DNA from: a bacterium
GTDB taxonomy: Bacteria > UBA8248
Direction of reading: 5' to 3'
Assembly (NCBI GenBank): GCA_965207065.1
Contig: OZ242260.1
Span: 480,001-544,000, forward strand
Length of the DNA: 64,000 nt
Program-made: the position numbers and the translations under genes
Notes under the pieces: model-generated
Seen by the model: the letters and a program-made list of their open reading frames with translations, nothing else
What the model was told of the DNA's origin: nothing
Database searches by the model: none
In this document: positions 22,263 to 32,677 of the stretch, in pieces
Layout: each line of letters opens with the position of its first letter
How positions within the stretch are numbered: position 1 is the first letter of the stretch

Positions 22263-22661
22263 TTAATGAGCCGACGGGTTCTCGCACAACTCGATGCGGA
22301 TATTTCCTGGTCCCCTGACATAGGCGATCATGCGTCCGCCAATGCCTCGGCGCACGGGCTCCACCATAATCTCCGCCCCTTTGTCTCTCAGCCACTCCAC
22401 GGCGGCTTCCACATCGGAAACGCCGAACCCGAAATGATCCAGACCCTGAACCAGTTCCGGCCCTACGGAATCCGGCGTCTCTTCAGGCCTGATGCCGCGC
22501 GCGAATATCATCAGGCGGCCGACCTGGATCGCCGCATTGGGCGAGCCCTTGAAGTCCTCGTCGTAGCGGACGATTTCCGCGTCGAACACGTTTTGAAAAT
22601 ACTCGGCAAACGCCTTCACATCCCCACAAACGTAGTGAATATGATCAAAACCGAATTCCAT
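22263..22661 (-). CDS. VOC/glyoxalase family protein
   Basis: FDHIH, GLDHFGF.V.D, GPGNIRIEL. Confidence 0.88.
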   Translation of the reverse strand: MEFGFDHIHYVCGDVKAFAEYFQNVFDAEIVRYDEDFKGSPNAAIQVGRLMIFARGIRPEETPDSVGPELVQGLDHFGFGVSDVEAAVEWLRDKGAEIMVEPVRRGIGGRMIAYVRGPGNIRIELCENPSAH

Positions 22662-22681
22662 CGAATTCTCCTGGATTGAGA

Positions 22682-24391
22682 TTACGGCGTAATGATGATC
22701 GGTGAATCTTCCGGGCCCGTACTTCCTGAAACACCTTTTTCCTCAAGATTCTCTTCTTGTATTTCTCCTTCTTCACCCTGGGATTCGCGAACCTGGCGGA
22801 TAACCCGTTCAAGCATCACATTGATGGAATACTGAACCATTTCGACGAATAACGGCGTGGGTTCATCCGTAGCCATCTGTACTTCATCAGAGAGCGTCAC
22901 ACATTCACGGGCCATAGGTTCATCACCCGCTTGATGGAAAATGTATCCATTGTCTTCCAACTGTCCCGCGATTCGTTCCCGCAATGTCTTGTCCTGAAAA
23001 ATTTCTTTCGCCCCATTTTCCACTATCTGCTGAAGACGCTCTTTTTTCTGATTGTCATCCAGCGCCACCTGACTTTCCATCGCCTCTATAAACTCCTGAA
23101 AATACGGCGCCACATGATCTTCATCCATCACCCAACTCCAGAAAGGCCGATGGGCGAATAACGTGCGTGCTTCCATTCGCTTCTCGTGCTCCGCAATCGA
23201 ATTCACGATCGCTCGGACAGGGTGCGACCCCTCCAGGGGAAACACATCGGCCTCCGCCAATGGATCCAGCATGAGCTTTGCATGCGTGAAGCCACGGGGC
23301 AGCGGCACTTCTCCCGCTTCGTTTTCGCGTTGACCGCGCTCCAGGAGCCAAATGGCATACCCGACCGGCACTTCCTGTGACGCTAAAGTGGGCATATCTG
23401 AAATTTGGTGAAAAACATTGCGCAACTCTTTCGCACTCATTTCCGCATCCGTGAACTCGACAATGCCTTGCCCCCGATGCAACCGCGCCTGCACAAGATA
23501 TCTCCCGCGCGGGACCCTCGAACGGGCAAGCCACAACAGCATCTGCCCGCGCCCGTCTACGGCGCTGACTACGGCATGAACATAATCAGGATAAGTGGAC
23601 CTCTGCGCAGTGTGAATACCCGCATCAGACGATTTTTCAATTTCCACGCCCTTGTTTTTCAAACGAAACAACGCTTTGCGAATACGCGACAACGTATCCT
23701 TGTCATTCGTAGATTCCGAGAGCTTCTGAAGCGCAATCGCAGCATCCTGCGTAGCCATCTCCGCAAGAATATGAATGAAATATGCCGGCGGCGATGATCC
23801 TTCCCGGACCATCGCTTCAGCCAGCACGAGCGAATTTTTTTCCGAGACCTCACCCGTATTATCCAGGCCGTCACGCAAGACTACTTCCTGCAGAAAAGAA
23901 GGCAGGTTATTTAATGACGATACGATAGACTTCGCGGAATCAACCGTGAGGGACTCATTTTGACTTAATCGATCAGAAACCTCCTGGGCATGACGTAAAC
24001 TTTCCGGATTCAAACCATTCGGCAATTCCACATCCGGGTCCAACGTACGGAGAGTATCGAGGAGCGCGGTGAATCCTGGAATCGACCACCGCATCGTCCG
24101 GATTAGAGAGACAAGCTTTTGCACGACGGAAGGCTCGTCCAATTCGCGCAGCGCGAGAAGCGTTGGAATCCGGCCCTCCGGAGTAGTGGAGGAGAGGTGG
24201 TTCAATACTCCGGCGATACCAACCTCCCCCATTTCCCTGATTTCGTCCAGAAGTGGCGCAGGCGCCATGGCGCCCGGCGGAGCCGGCACGGTAAACGACG
24301 CTTCAAGTCCAGCCGCTACGGCGGCGGCCCTGCTTAAATCTTCTTTGGAAAAAGTTTTTTTCGAGGCTTTCACCCTCGCTTTCTTCGCCAA
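22682..24391 (-). CDS. Hypothetical protein, helical (HEAT-like) N-terminal part
   Basis: Long ORF, SD AGGAG before TTG 24391; IRKALFRLK and VDGRGQMLLW segments. Confidence 0.7.
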   Translation of the reverse strand: MAKKARVKASKKTFSKEDLSRAAAVAAGLEASFTVPAPPGAMAPAPLLDEIREMGEVGIAGVLNHLSSTTPEGRIPTLLALRELDEPSVVQKLVSLIRTMRWSIPGFTALLDTLRTLDPDVELPNGLNPESLRHAQEVSDRLSQNESLTVDSAKSIVSSLNNLPSFLQEVVLRDGLDNTGEVSEKNSLVLAEAMVREGSSPPAYFIHILAEMATQDAAIALQKLSESTNDKDTLSRIRKALFRLKNKGVEIEKSSDAGIHTAQRSTYPDYVHAVVSAVDGRGQMLLWLARSRVPRGRYLVQARLHRGQGIVEFTDAEMSAKELRNVFHQISDMPTLASQEVPVGYAIWLLERGQRENEAGEVPLPRGFTHAKLMLDPLAEADVFPLEGSHPVRAIVNSIAEHEKRMEARTLFAHRPFWSWVMDEDHVAPYFQEFIEAMESQVALDDNQKKERLQQIVENGAKEIFQDKTLRERIAGQLEDNGYIFHQAGDEPMARECVTLSDEVQMATDEPTPLFVEMVQYSINVMLERVIRQVRESQGEEGEIQEENLEEKGVSGSTGPEDSPIIITP

Positions 24392-24551
24392 AACGGTTTC
24401 TCCTGAAAAATATATCCCAAAAGACGAATCATCGGCGGGCGCAATGCCTACTGTCAAGACGATGTGGAAAAGCGCCTTTTTCTCTTGCCGCTTTTGCCAA
24501 CCGCAACGCACACATGCCACAATCGCCGAAATTTCGGCCCTGGGAGATAAA

Positions 24552-25541
24552 GTGACCCTTCGATTCGCCCATTGCGGTGATTTTCATCTCGGCTATGACT
24601 TCGGCTATCTTCCACCTCGCAAAGCAGCGGCGCGGCAAGCCGATCTTCGGGTAGCATTTTTCCGCACTGTTCGCGAAACGCTCAAATGGGGCGCACAAGC
24701 CTTCCTCATTTCGGGGGACCTGTTCGACACCCCACATCCAAGTGATCGTGACGTCGAAATCGTCTCGAAGAATCTGGCCCACTTATCCAAAAAAGGGGTG
24801 CGCTGTTTTGCCATACCCGGCAATCATGACCCGATGCACCCGGAATCCGTCTGGAATCGAGCCGAAATTGCAAGTTGCATCCACCTTTTCCGTGGTGACG
24901 CCGCTACCGAATTGGCGCAAACAAACATCGCCGAACTCAATCTTACGATTGCAGGAATCCCCTGGGATACCAAAGACGCCTTCAAACCGCCTTTGCAGGA
25001 AATCCTCACGCGGAAACTACATTTGAGCGACCGCTCCATCCTGCTGCTCCACGGCTCGGAAGCGGCTCTCGCCTCAGAACATCCGGCATTCAAGGAGCAT
25101 CCATTCGAGGCCGATGATTTGAAGCGTCTGCCCTTCGGGTATGTGGCCATAGGCCATTACCACAAGCCGATGGACGTCGCCCGGTGGAGCGGCGGCGGCG
25201 CCTGCTACAGCGGATCACCTGAAGGATTGCGCTTCAGCGATCACAACCTGGGGGAGCGCTCTATCGTTTTGGGAGAAATGGACGAGAGAGGCTCCCTGAT
25301 TCAACTCAATCGAAAACCCATCAATGCGCGAACCATGAAAACGCTTTCATACTCCGCCGGCGACGGGACTACGGCGGACGACTGGTTTCGGGCAATCGAC
25401 GACATGAGAGACCCGGATACCCTTTTGAGGGTACACGTCCCGAAACTATCAGGCGATCAACAAAGACGGGCGGAAGTTCTCTTATCCGCGCTAAGTCATG
25501 ATTTTTTCTACCTGGACATCGTTTGGGAATCGCCCTTGTGA
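24552..25541 (+). CDS. Metallophosphoesterase, SbcD/Mre11-like nuclease
   Basis: DFHLG, GDLFD, GNHD, LHG, YVAIGHYH, YSGSPE; SD GGAG before GTG. Confidence 0.85.
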   Translation: MTLRFAHCGDFHLGYDFGYLPPRKAAARQADLRVAFFRTVRETLKWGAQAFLISGDLFDTPHPSDRDVEIVSKNLAHLSKKGVRCFAIPGNHDPMHPESVWNRAEIASCIHLFRGDAATELAQTNIAELNLTIAGIPWDTKDAFKPPLQEILTRKLHLSDRSILLLHGSEAALASEHPAFKEHPFEADDLKRLPFGYVAIGHYHKPMDVARWSGGGACYSGSPEGLRFSDHNLGERSIVLGEMDERGSLIQLNRKPINARTMKTLSYSAGDGTTADDWFRAIDDMRDPDTLLRVHVPKLSGDQQRRAEVLLSALSHDFFYLDIVWESPL

Positions 25542-26326
25542 GCAAGAACACCTGGTGCGACGTCGCGTTTTCCCACCCGGAAATCCCCATCAGACTCATA
25601 GATGCGCACCGGGCGCACGGAGAAAAAACACGAAACATCGTGTGCGTCGTAATAGATATATTAAGAGCCACGACGAACATCGCCGCCATCCTGGAGAATG
25701 GATGCCCCGCGATACATCCGTGCGCCTCTCCAGAAACGGCGCTTGAACTGGCGGAAAAGCTGCGGCTTCTGCACGGCGCCGAAAATATCATTCTGGGCGG
25801 AGAGCAGGACGGCGAGCCCATTGAAGGATTTGACGGGGGGAATTCCCCTCTCGAATACACACGCCGGAGAATCGGCGGGAAAACCCTGATACTCTCAACA
25901 AGCAACGGCACCAAAACACTCTCGGCCGTACAGAGTTGCGGAGAAATTTTCACCGCCGCTTTCGTGAACATCACCGCTACTGCCGAACGGATAGCGTCTA
26001 TTCTTGATGAAAACCCGGATCAATCCCTCTTGATCGCCTGTTCGGGCCGCGAAGGCGCCTATTGTGAAGAAGATGCAGTAGGGGCGGGGATGCTTCTGGA
26101 TATCCTGTCCGAACAATTTAAGGAGATCGAACTGTCCGACACCGCCCGAGCAGCTATGCATGTCGCCCATGGAGCAGAAAAAAACCTGGAGAAGATGCTA
26201 TTTCACAGCTGGTGGGGGAAACACTTGTCGTCTCTGGGACTCGATGAGGACATATCTTTTTGCGCGCAGAAGGACATTATGGACATTGCTCCCAAACTGG
26301 ATGGCGGGATAATCAGGATTTCTTAA
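25538..26326 (+). CDS. comB: 2-phosphosulfolactate phosphatase (ComB) family
   Basis: VVIDILRATT, GFDGGNSP, STSNGT, EDAVGAG. Confidence 0.88.
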   Translation: MSKNTWCDVAFSHPEIPIRLIDAHRAHGEKTRNIVCVVIDILRATTNIAAILENGCPAIHPCASPETALELAEKLRLLHGAENIILGGEQDGEPIEGFDGGNSPLEYTRRRIGGKTLILSTSNGTKTLSAVQSCGEIFTAAFVNITATAERIASILDENPDQSLLIACSGREGAYCEEDAVGAGMLLDILSEQFKEIELSDTARAAMHVAHGAEKNLEKMLFHSWWGKHLSSLGLDEDISFCAQKDIMDIAPKLDGGIIRIS

Positions 26327-27135
26327 GTTTCAAAGTCCTTCGCCAAGACTTTTTCAACCACATCTTGCGACTTCGGAGAATTCGCTCCGGGTTTCAAATA
26401 CATAAAGAATTCCCGGTTTCCTTTCGCGCCCGTAATCGCGCTCAAGGAAATACCCTGGGGAGCCAATTTCATCCGAAGCGTTTCATCCCAGATACGGAGG
26501 AGCACTTCACGGTGATGCTCGGGGTCGCGAATAATTCCTCCCTTGCCGACACGCCCTTTCCCCACTTCGAACTGTGGTTTGATGAGAACGAGCATCTCCC
26601 CACCATCGTCGAGCAAGTCATGAATCGGCCCCACCAACTTCATGACGGAGATGAACGAAACATCTACGACGCATAAACCGGGACGTTCTTCGCCCGCCAA
26701 CGCTTGAAATATTTCCGGCGTCAGATGCCTGGCGTTCACCCCTTCCAGAAGAGTGACCCTCGGGTCATTCCTCAATTTCCAGTCAATCAAACCCTTGCCC
26801 ACATCCACCGATGCAACGCGGCGCGCTCCACGGGTGAGCAGCACATCGGTGAATCCGCCTGTCGATGCGCCGACATCCATACAATATTTCTCGAAAGGAT
26901 CAACACCAAAGACATCCAGCGCACCTGCGAGCTTCAGGCCTCCACGGCTCACATAGGGACAAGGATTTTCTTTTAGGGTAATGGATGAATCTTCCGGAAA
27001 TGCAGAACCCGCTTTGGTAGCGGGTTGGCCGTCAACACTCACAAGACCGGCTAAAATCAGGCTGCGCGCACGCTCCCGGCTCGGAGCCAGCGCACGTTCA
27101 ACGACTAACTTATCGAGCCTCTGTTTTTTTGCCAT
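26323..27135 (-). CDS. tlyA: TlyA family rRNA methyltransferase
   Basis: RLDKL, YVSRGGLKL, DVGASTGGFTD, LIKPQFE, GNREF. Confidence 0.95.
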   Translation of the reverse strand: MAKKQRLDKLVVERALAPSRERARSLILAGLVSVDGQPATKAGSAFPEDSSITLKENPCPYVSRGGLKLAGALDVFGVDPFEKYCMDVGASTGGFTDVLLTRGARRVASVDVGKGLIDWKLRNDPRVTLLEGVNARHLTPEIFQALAGEERPGLCVVDVSFISVMKLVGPIHDLLDDGGEMLVLIKPQFEVGKGRVGKGGIIRDPEHHREVLLRIWDETLRMKLAPQGISLSAITGAKGNREFFMYLKPGANSPKSQDVVEKVLAKDFET

Positions 27136-29047
27136 GCGCCGCCAGATCGGCAGAATCAGCTTCATTATTCAGCAGATCACGAGCCGCCTGGGTAATATCC
27201 CCTGGTGTAAGCCCACAATCCTCGCGCTGGAGTTGAGGCGCTCCGTGTTCAATGAACCGATCGGGAATGCCCAAAACCGTGGCGGAAACGTCTCGGATGC
27301 CGTGCTCCGCCAAAAACTCCAAAACGCCGGCGCCCATTCCCCCGATGCGCGTTCCCTCCTCAATCGTCACGACGTGCTTGCACCGCCCCACGAGTTCCAG
27401 AATCTTCTCTTCATCCATCGGCTTCACAAAGCGGAGGTTCAAGACAGACGCCTCGATTCCAAGTTCCGCAAGTTGTCCGGCAGACTCCATCGCGAGACCC
27501 ACCATGGGGCCCAAGGCGATGAGAGCGACGTCATCGCCATCGCGAAGCAGTTCCGCCTCCCCAACGGGAATCGTCTCGATCTTCTCATCCATCGGCACCC
27601 CTTCACCGGAGCCACGTGCGAAGCGGACCGCCGCAGGACCTGGATATTCAATCGCGGTCAAGACCATTTTCTGGAGTTCATTTTCGTCTTTGGGCGACAT
27701 GATGACCATGTTCGGCAGACACCGAAGGTAGGCCAGGTCATAGGCCCCCTGGTGGGTGGGGCCGTCATCGCCCACGAGACCGGCCCGGTCCAGGGCAAAG
27801 GTAACGGGCACGTTCGTGAGGCAGACATCGTGGATGATTTGATCGTAGGCGCGCTGTAAAAATGTGCTGTAAATGGCGGCGACCGGCTTCATGCCCTCAA
27901 GCGCCAGTCCTGCGGCGAAAGTTACCGCATGCTGCTCACACATCCCTACGTCGAAGCAGCGATCCGGCAAGACTTTCTGATAGTTCACCAGAGCCGTGCC
28001 CTCGAGCATGGCCGCCGAGATGGCGACTATCTTTTCATCCTTCTGGCTGAGCTTGATCATCGTATCGGTGAAAACTTTCGAATACCCGGGAGGCCCAGGC
28101 GCTTTCTTGTGGAATTCACCGGATTCAGGATCGAATTTCGTCACGCCGTGATAGGTGATGGGTTCCGCCTCGCTATAGGGGTACCCATAACCCTTACGGG
28201 TAACGACATGAACCAGGTTGGGGCCATCCAGATTTTTCACGTTTCTCAGAGTGGGAATCAGCAAATCCAGCCTGTGTCCGTCCACCGGACCGATGTAGCG
28301 AAAACCCAGTTCCTCAAACAGAATACCCGGCACGATGATATTTTTCAGAGACTCTTCCACCCTGTCCATGAGGGTGACGGCATGACTGCCCACCAGGGGA
28401 AGATGGCTGAGTATTTTCTGGACTTCTCCGCGCACCTTGCGGACCCGGTTCGACCATTCACCCGTCATGATTCGCGCCAGATATGAGCACATTGCGCCCA
28501 CGTTATGCGAAATCCCCATTTTATTGTCATTGAGGATGACGGTGAGGTTTCTCTTCGAATCGCCGGCGTTGTTGAGACCTTCCATCGCCATGCCGGCGGT
28601 CAAGCTGCCGTCTCCGATGATGGCGACGACCTGGAAGTCCTCGCCCGAGAGGTCTCGCGCCGTGGCCATGCCCAGCGCCGCCGATATGGACGTGCCTCCA
28701 TGCGCCACATTCAGATGATCATATTCACTCTCGCGCCTGTCCGGGAATCCGGCAATTCCCTCCCACTGCCTTAACGTATCGAACCGGTCCCGGCGACCTG
28801 TCAGGATCTTGTGCGTATAGGCCTGATGTCCAACATCCCAAATCAGCTTGTCCTTCGGCGTATCGTAGAGATAGTGAAGCGCTACAATGAGTTCCGCCGC
28901 TCCCAGAGAAGCGCCCAGGTGCCCACCCGTATTGGACGTTACCTGAATGACCTTGTCACGGAGCTCATCCACGACTTGAGATAGTTCCTCTTCCGATAAC
29001 TGTCTCAAATCCGCCGGGCTATCAATACGTTCAAGCAACTCGCCCAT
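27110..29047 (-). CDS. dxs: 1-deoxy-D-xylulose-5-phosphate synthase
   Basis: GGHLGASLG, WDVGHQAY, IGDGSLTAG, YSTFLQRAYDQ, DGPTHQG. Confidence 0.98.
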   Translation of the reverse strand: MGELLERIDSPADLRQLSEEELSQVVDELRDKVIQVTSNTGGHLGASLGAAELIVALHYLYDTPKDKLIWDVGHQAYTHKILTGRRDRFDTLRQWEGIAGFPDRRESEYDHLNVAHGGTSISAALGMATARDLSGEDFQVVAIIGDGSLTAGMAMEGLNNAGDSKRNLTVILNDNKMGISHNVGAMCSYLARIMTGEWSNRVRKVRGEVQKILSHLPLVGSHAVTLMDRVEESLKNIIVPGILFEELGFRYIGPVDGHRLDLLIPTLRNVKNLDGPNLVHVVTRKGYGYPYSEAEPITYHGVTKFDPESGEFHKKAPGPPGYSKVFTDTMIKLSQKDEKIVAISAAMLEGTALVNYQKVLPDRCFDVGMCEQHAVTFAAGLALEGMKPVAAIYSTFLQRAYDQIIHDVCLTNVPVTFALDRAGLVGDDGPTHQGAYDLAYLRCLPNMVIMSPKDENELQKMVLTAIEYPGPAAVRFARGSGEGVPMDEKIETIPVGEAELLRDGDDVALIALGPMVGLAMESAGQLAELGIEASVLNLRFVKPMDEEKILELVGRCKHVVTIEEGTRIGGMGAGVLEFLAEHGIRDVSATVLGIPDRFIEHGAPQLQREDCGLTPGDITQAARDLLNNEADSADLAAHGKKTEAR

Positions 29048-29164
29048 ATCATTTACCCCCCACGGGAACTCAGTCTATCCAGAATTTTCTTTCATCCAAG
29101 GAATGTCTCCGACTCCGTCATTCCTCGACCGTTCAATGATTTACCAATGAATAATAAGCAATCA

Positions 29165-30082
29165 TCAGAACCGACGCAAGATAATAAATTGCGCCAAAGA
29201 TTCGAGTTCCGGCGCATTTTTCGGGAAAATTTCGAGCGCTTGCAAAGCTTCCTCGCAAGTGGAGCGCGCCAGTTTTTTCGACGTCTCCATGCCGTACAAG
29301 GCGGGATAGGTTGCCTTGTTCAATCCCTCATCCGAGCCCGTAGGTTTTCCCATGAGGGCTTCATCGCCTTCCACATCCAGAATATCGTCCACGATCTGAA
29401 ACGCCAGGCCAATCTTCTCCCCATACAGGTGCAGCGCTTCCAGCTGCGCTTCATCACCACCACCGAGGAGCCCCCCCAGACAAACAGAAACCCTCAACAA
29501 CGCGCCCGTCTTTCTCCTGTGGATTTCCTCCAAATGCGCCACATCACTCACAAGGCCATCGGCCCGGATGTCCAAAAGCTGTCCCCCCACCATGCCCGTT
29601 GCGCCCGCCGCATCGGCGACCATTCGAATCGCTTTCACATGACGCCCGGGCGATATTTTCTCGCTCATTTTTTCATTCGCCATCAACTCGAAGGCCAGGG
29701 CCTGCAACCCATCCCCCGCGAGAATCGCCGCCGCCTCCCCATATACCTTATGACTCGTCGGCATCCCCCGTCTTAAGTCATCATCGTCCATGGCGGGCAG
29801 ATCATCATGGATCAAAGAATAAGAATGAATGCACTCGAGGGCGCATGCGGCAGGCAGGATCAATTCAGGGTTTCCACCTACGGCTTCGCATCCAGCCACG
29901 CAAAGCACGGGGCGCAGGCGCTTTCCGCCGGCGAAAAGGCTGTAGCGCATGATCTCAAAAATTTCGGGCGGCTCGGAGGATTCCGGCACAAGGCGATCGA
30001 GTTCTTCTTCCACACATTTCGCCCATCGGTCCAGGTAAGCCGCTGCGTCGATACGTACAGGGAGTTCGGCTTCACTCATCAT
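29165..30082 (-). CDS. ispA: Farnesyl/geranyl diphosphate synthase
   Basis: GGKRLRP, SLIHDDLPAMDDDDLRRG, FQIVDDILD; xseB-ispA-dxs context. Confidence 0.93.
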   Translation of the reverse strand: MMSEAELPVRIDAAAYLDRWAKCVEEELDRLVPESSEPPEIFEIMRYSLFAGGKRLRPVLCVAGCEAVGGNPELILPAACALECIHSYSLIHDDLPAMDDDDLRRGMPTSHKVYGEAAAILAGDGLQALAFELMANEKMSEKISPGRHVKAIRMVADAAGATGMVGGQLLDIRADGLVSDVAHLEEIHRRKTGALLRVSVCLGGLLGGGDEAQLEALHLYGEKIGLAFQIVDDILDVEGDEALMGKPTGSDEGLNKATYPALYGMETSKKLARSTCEEALQALEIFPKNAPELESLAQFIILRRF

Positions 30083-30341
30083 CTTCACCGTCTTCGAACG
30101 ATTGCAGCGAAAATGTCTCCTCCGATTCCCCCACGAGTTCTTCCACCTTCTTTTGCGCCGCGTTCAACTGCTCCCGGCTATAGCGAAAGAGCTTTACGCC
30201 CTCTTCATACAGCAAAACGGCCTTCTCCAGGGAAGGCTCGCCCTCTTCGAGTTCTTCCACAATGGCTTCCAGGCGCTTCAGCGCTTCTTCGAAACTTTTT
30301 GGTTCCGCGTCAGGGTACGCGGATTCATTTGCAGTACTCAT
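30072..30341 (-). CDS. xseB: Exodeoxyribonuclease VII small subunit
   Basis: SFEEALKRLEAIVEELE..LYEEG. Confidence 0.93.
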   Translation of the reverse strand: MSTANESAYPDAEPKSFEEALKRLEAIVEELEEGEPSLEKAVLLYEEGVKLFRYSREQLNAAQKKVEELVGESEETFSLQSFEDGEDDE

Positions 30342-31738
30342 GGGCCCTCTCCCTCGGGAAAGACTTCTTCTACGCGGCACATCAAACCGCCTTCCGGTAA
30401 ACGAATCCGCACGGATTCATCTACACGCACATCTTCAGCCTTTTTCACCAAGGCGCCATCCGGCTCCTTGTACACCAGGCTGTACCCCCTCGCCAAAACG
30501 GCCAGCGGCGAGACCAACTCGAGACGCCCGGCGGCGCTCTTGAGGACATCCGCCCTGTTCTTCAAAAACAATCCATGCGCTGCGCGCAGGCGCTTCAAAT
30601 TATCTTCAAGTCTCGATATGGACACAACAATTTTTTCTTTGGGTGAGAGTACCCGCAGCCTCGGAGCCATTCCGGCCAAATTCGCCCGTCTCATTTCCTG
30701 TTGATGACTGGCCTCTCTGCTCATTCGCTCATAGAGCGCATCCAGGCGCTGCGCCAACGATTCGAGCGGGGCTTCCGGCCTTCTGAATGCGGCTTCCCGG
30801 AGCAACCGAGACAACCTCTCGTCAAGAGAGGCGATGTGAGTCGCCACTGCCCGGCGCGCATCATGGATCAGGTTGGCAATGTCCCGGGCGACACTCTGCC
30901 AGCCCCTGGCCACACGTTCGGCCGCCGCCGTAGGCGTATGCGCCGATTCGTCGGCGGCCAGATCACTGAGCGAGGTATCGACCTCATGCCCCACCGCCGA
31001 TATGAGAGGCGTCGCGCATCCGGCGATTGCCCGCACTACTTCCTCTTCGTTAAACGCCCATAAATCCTCCCGGCTTCCGCCGCCGCGGCCCGTGATGATG
31101 AGATCCACGGGGCGATCGATGTTTGCAAGGCCCTCGTCCACCCTTCGGATCGCCGCCGCGATGGAAGATGCGGCGCTTTCTCCCTGCACCAAAGTGTGGA
31201 CTACGACGAGCTCGACAACCGGGGCGCGCTCCCTGAATACCCGCAACATATCCTGCAAGGCGGCGCCTTCGCGGCTGGTCACCAACGCCACGCGACGGGG
31301 GCGCTCGGGAATCTCCTTTTTTCGCCCAGAATCGAACAAACCTTCCTTTTCCAATCGCTCGTGCAACTGGCGAAAAGCGACCTCCAGCGCGCCTTCTCCC
31401 AACGGCTCCATGGACAGCGCAGAGACCTGGAAGCGCCCGTCTTTCTCATAAAGCGTCACCCGGCAACGGATCATCACGCGCATGCCGACTTCCGGCTCGA
31501 AGCGCAAAAACCGTCTGCGGCCCGAAAACATCACGGCGCTCACCCTGGATGCGGCGTCTTTTAAGTCAAAATAGGAGTGTCCCGATGGATAGGTGCGCCA
31601 GGAGGAGATTTCCCCCTCGACCAATACCTCGCCGAATTCATCTTCGAGCAATTCTTTCACGCGCGCGTTGAGTTGTGAGACGGTGAGCACCGCAGGCGTT
31701 GCGCGAGGCGTATCGTCACCCAGAAGGTCTACATTCAT
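30338..31738 (-). CDS. xseA: Exodeoxyribonuclease VII large subunit
   Basis: VEGEIS, SGHSYF, RGGGSREDLWAFN, AVGHEVD, TPTAAAE. Confidence 0.96.
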   Translation of the reverse strand: MNVDLLGDDTPRATPAVLTVSQLNARVKELLEDEFGEVLVEGEISSWRTYPSGHSYFDLKDAASRVSAVMFSGRRRFLRFEPEVGMRVMIRCRVTLYEKDGRFQVSALSMEPLGEGALEVAFRQLHERLEKEGLFDSGRKKEIPERPRRVALVTSREGAALQDMLRVFRERAPVVELVVVHTLVQGESAASSIAAAIRRVDEGLANIDRPVDLIITGRGGGSREDLWAFNEEEVVRAIAGCATPLISAVGHEVDTSLSDLAADESAHTPTAAAERVARGWQSVARDIANLIHDARRAVATHIASLDERLSRLLREAAFRRPEAPLESLAQRLDALYERMSREASHQQEMRRANLAGMAPRLRVLSPKEKIVVSISRLEDNLKRLRAAHGLFLKNRADVLKSAAGRLELVSPLAVLARGYSLVYKEPDGALVKKAEDVRVDESVRIRLPEGGLMCRVEEVFPEGEGP

Positions 31739-31757
31739 TCGAGAACCTTTATATGCC

Positions 31758-32624
31758 CTATCCCCTCGATTCCTGCGACTGGAGAGAGTAAGCGCGAACC
31801 GTATTCGCCATCAGCATGGCGACCGTCATGGGCCCCACCCCGCCCGGCACCGGCGTGATGGCGGAAACCTTTTCGAGCAAAGGTTCAAAATCACAATCGC
31901 CGACCAACTCCCCATCCACCCGGTTGATGCCGACGTCGACCACGACCGCTCCTTCCCGAACCATGTCGGCGGTCAGGAATTTCGGCCTCCCCATGGCGGC
32001 CACCACGATATCGGCCTCTCTGGTGATGGCGGGAATGTCGCGCGTCCGGGAGTGGCACACCGTTATCGTCGCGTTCTCGTGCATCATCAGAATGGCCAAG
32101 GGGAGTCCCACAATCTTGCTGCGCCCGATGAGAACGGCTTTTTTCCCTTCCAGGGGGATATCGTAGAACTTCAGAATCTCAAGCACGCCGGCGGGCGTAC
32201 AGGGCTTGAGCGTACCCTGCTTGAGCGCCAGTTTTCCAAAATTTTCCGGGTGAAAGACATCGGCGTCTTTTTGCGGGGATACTTTGCGCAACACTTTTTC
32301 TTCGTTCAAACCTCCGGGAAGCGGCAACTGCACCAGCATCCCGTCCACTTTGTCGTCGTGGTTCAACTGCTCAATGAGCGAGACGATATCATCCTGGCTG
32401 GTATTCTCGTCCAATCGGTGATCGAAAGTCCGGATTCCGAGTTTCTTGGCGGAACGCCCCTTGATTCGGACATATACCTGGGAGGCCGGATCCTCACCCA
32501 CGAGAACGACGGCGAGCCCCGGAGGCCTGCCCACCTCGGGAAGCAACGCATCAATGGAGGCTTTCAACTCCTCCATCACCTTGTCCGCCACGGGTTTGCC
32601 TTTGAGCAGCAGGGCTTTTGACAT
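31758..32624 (-). CDS. folD: Methylenetetrahydrofolate dehydrogenase/cyclohydrolase
   Basis: VQLPLP, PCTPAG, GRSKIVG, TPVPGGVGPMT. Confidence 0.97.
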   Translation of the reverse strand: MSKALLLKGKPVADKVMEELKASIDALLPEVGRPPGLAVVLVGEDPASQVYVRIKGRSAKKLGIRTFDHRLDENTSQDDIVSLIEQLNHDDKVDGMLVQLPLPGGLNEEKVLRKVSPQKDADVFHPENFGKLALKQGTLKPCTPAGVLEILKFYDIPLEGKKAVLIGRSKIVGLPLAILMMHENATITVCHSRTRDIPAITREADIVVAAMGRPKFLTADMVREGAVVVDVGINRVDGELVGDCDFEPLLEKVSAITPVPGGVGPMTVAMLMANTVRAYSLQSQESRG

Positions 32625-32677
32625 CTTTATCCCTTATATCGGGCGCGGCGGTTACACAATATCATCTCGACTGAGCG

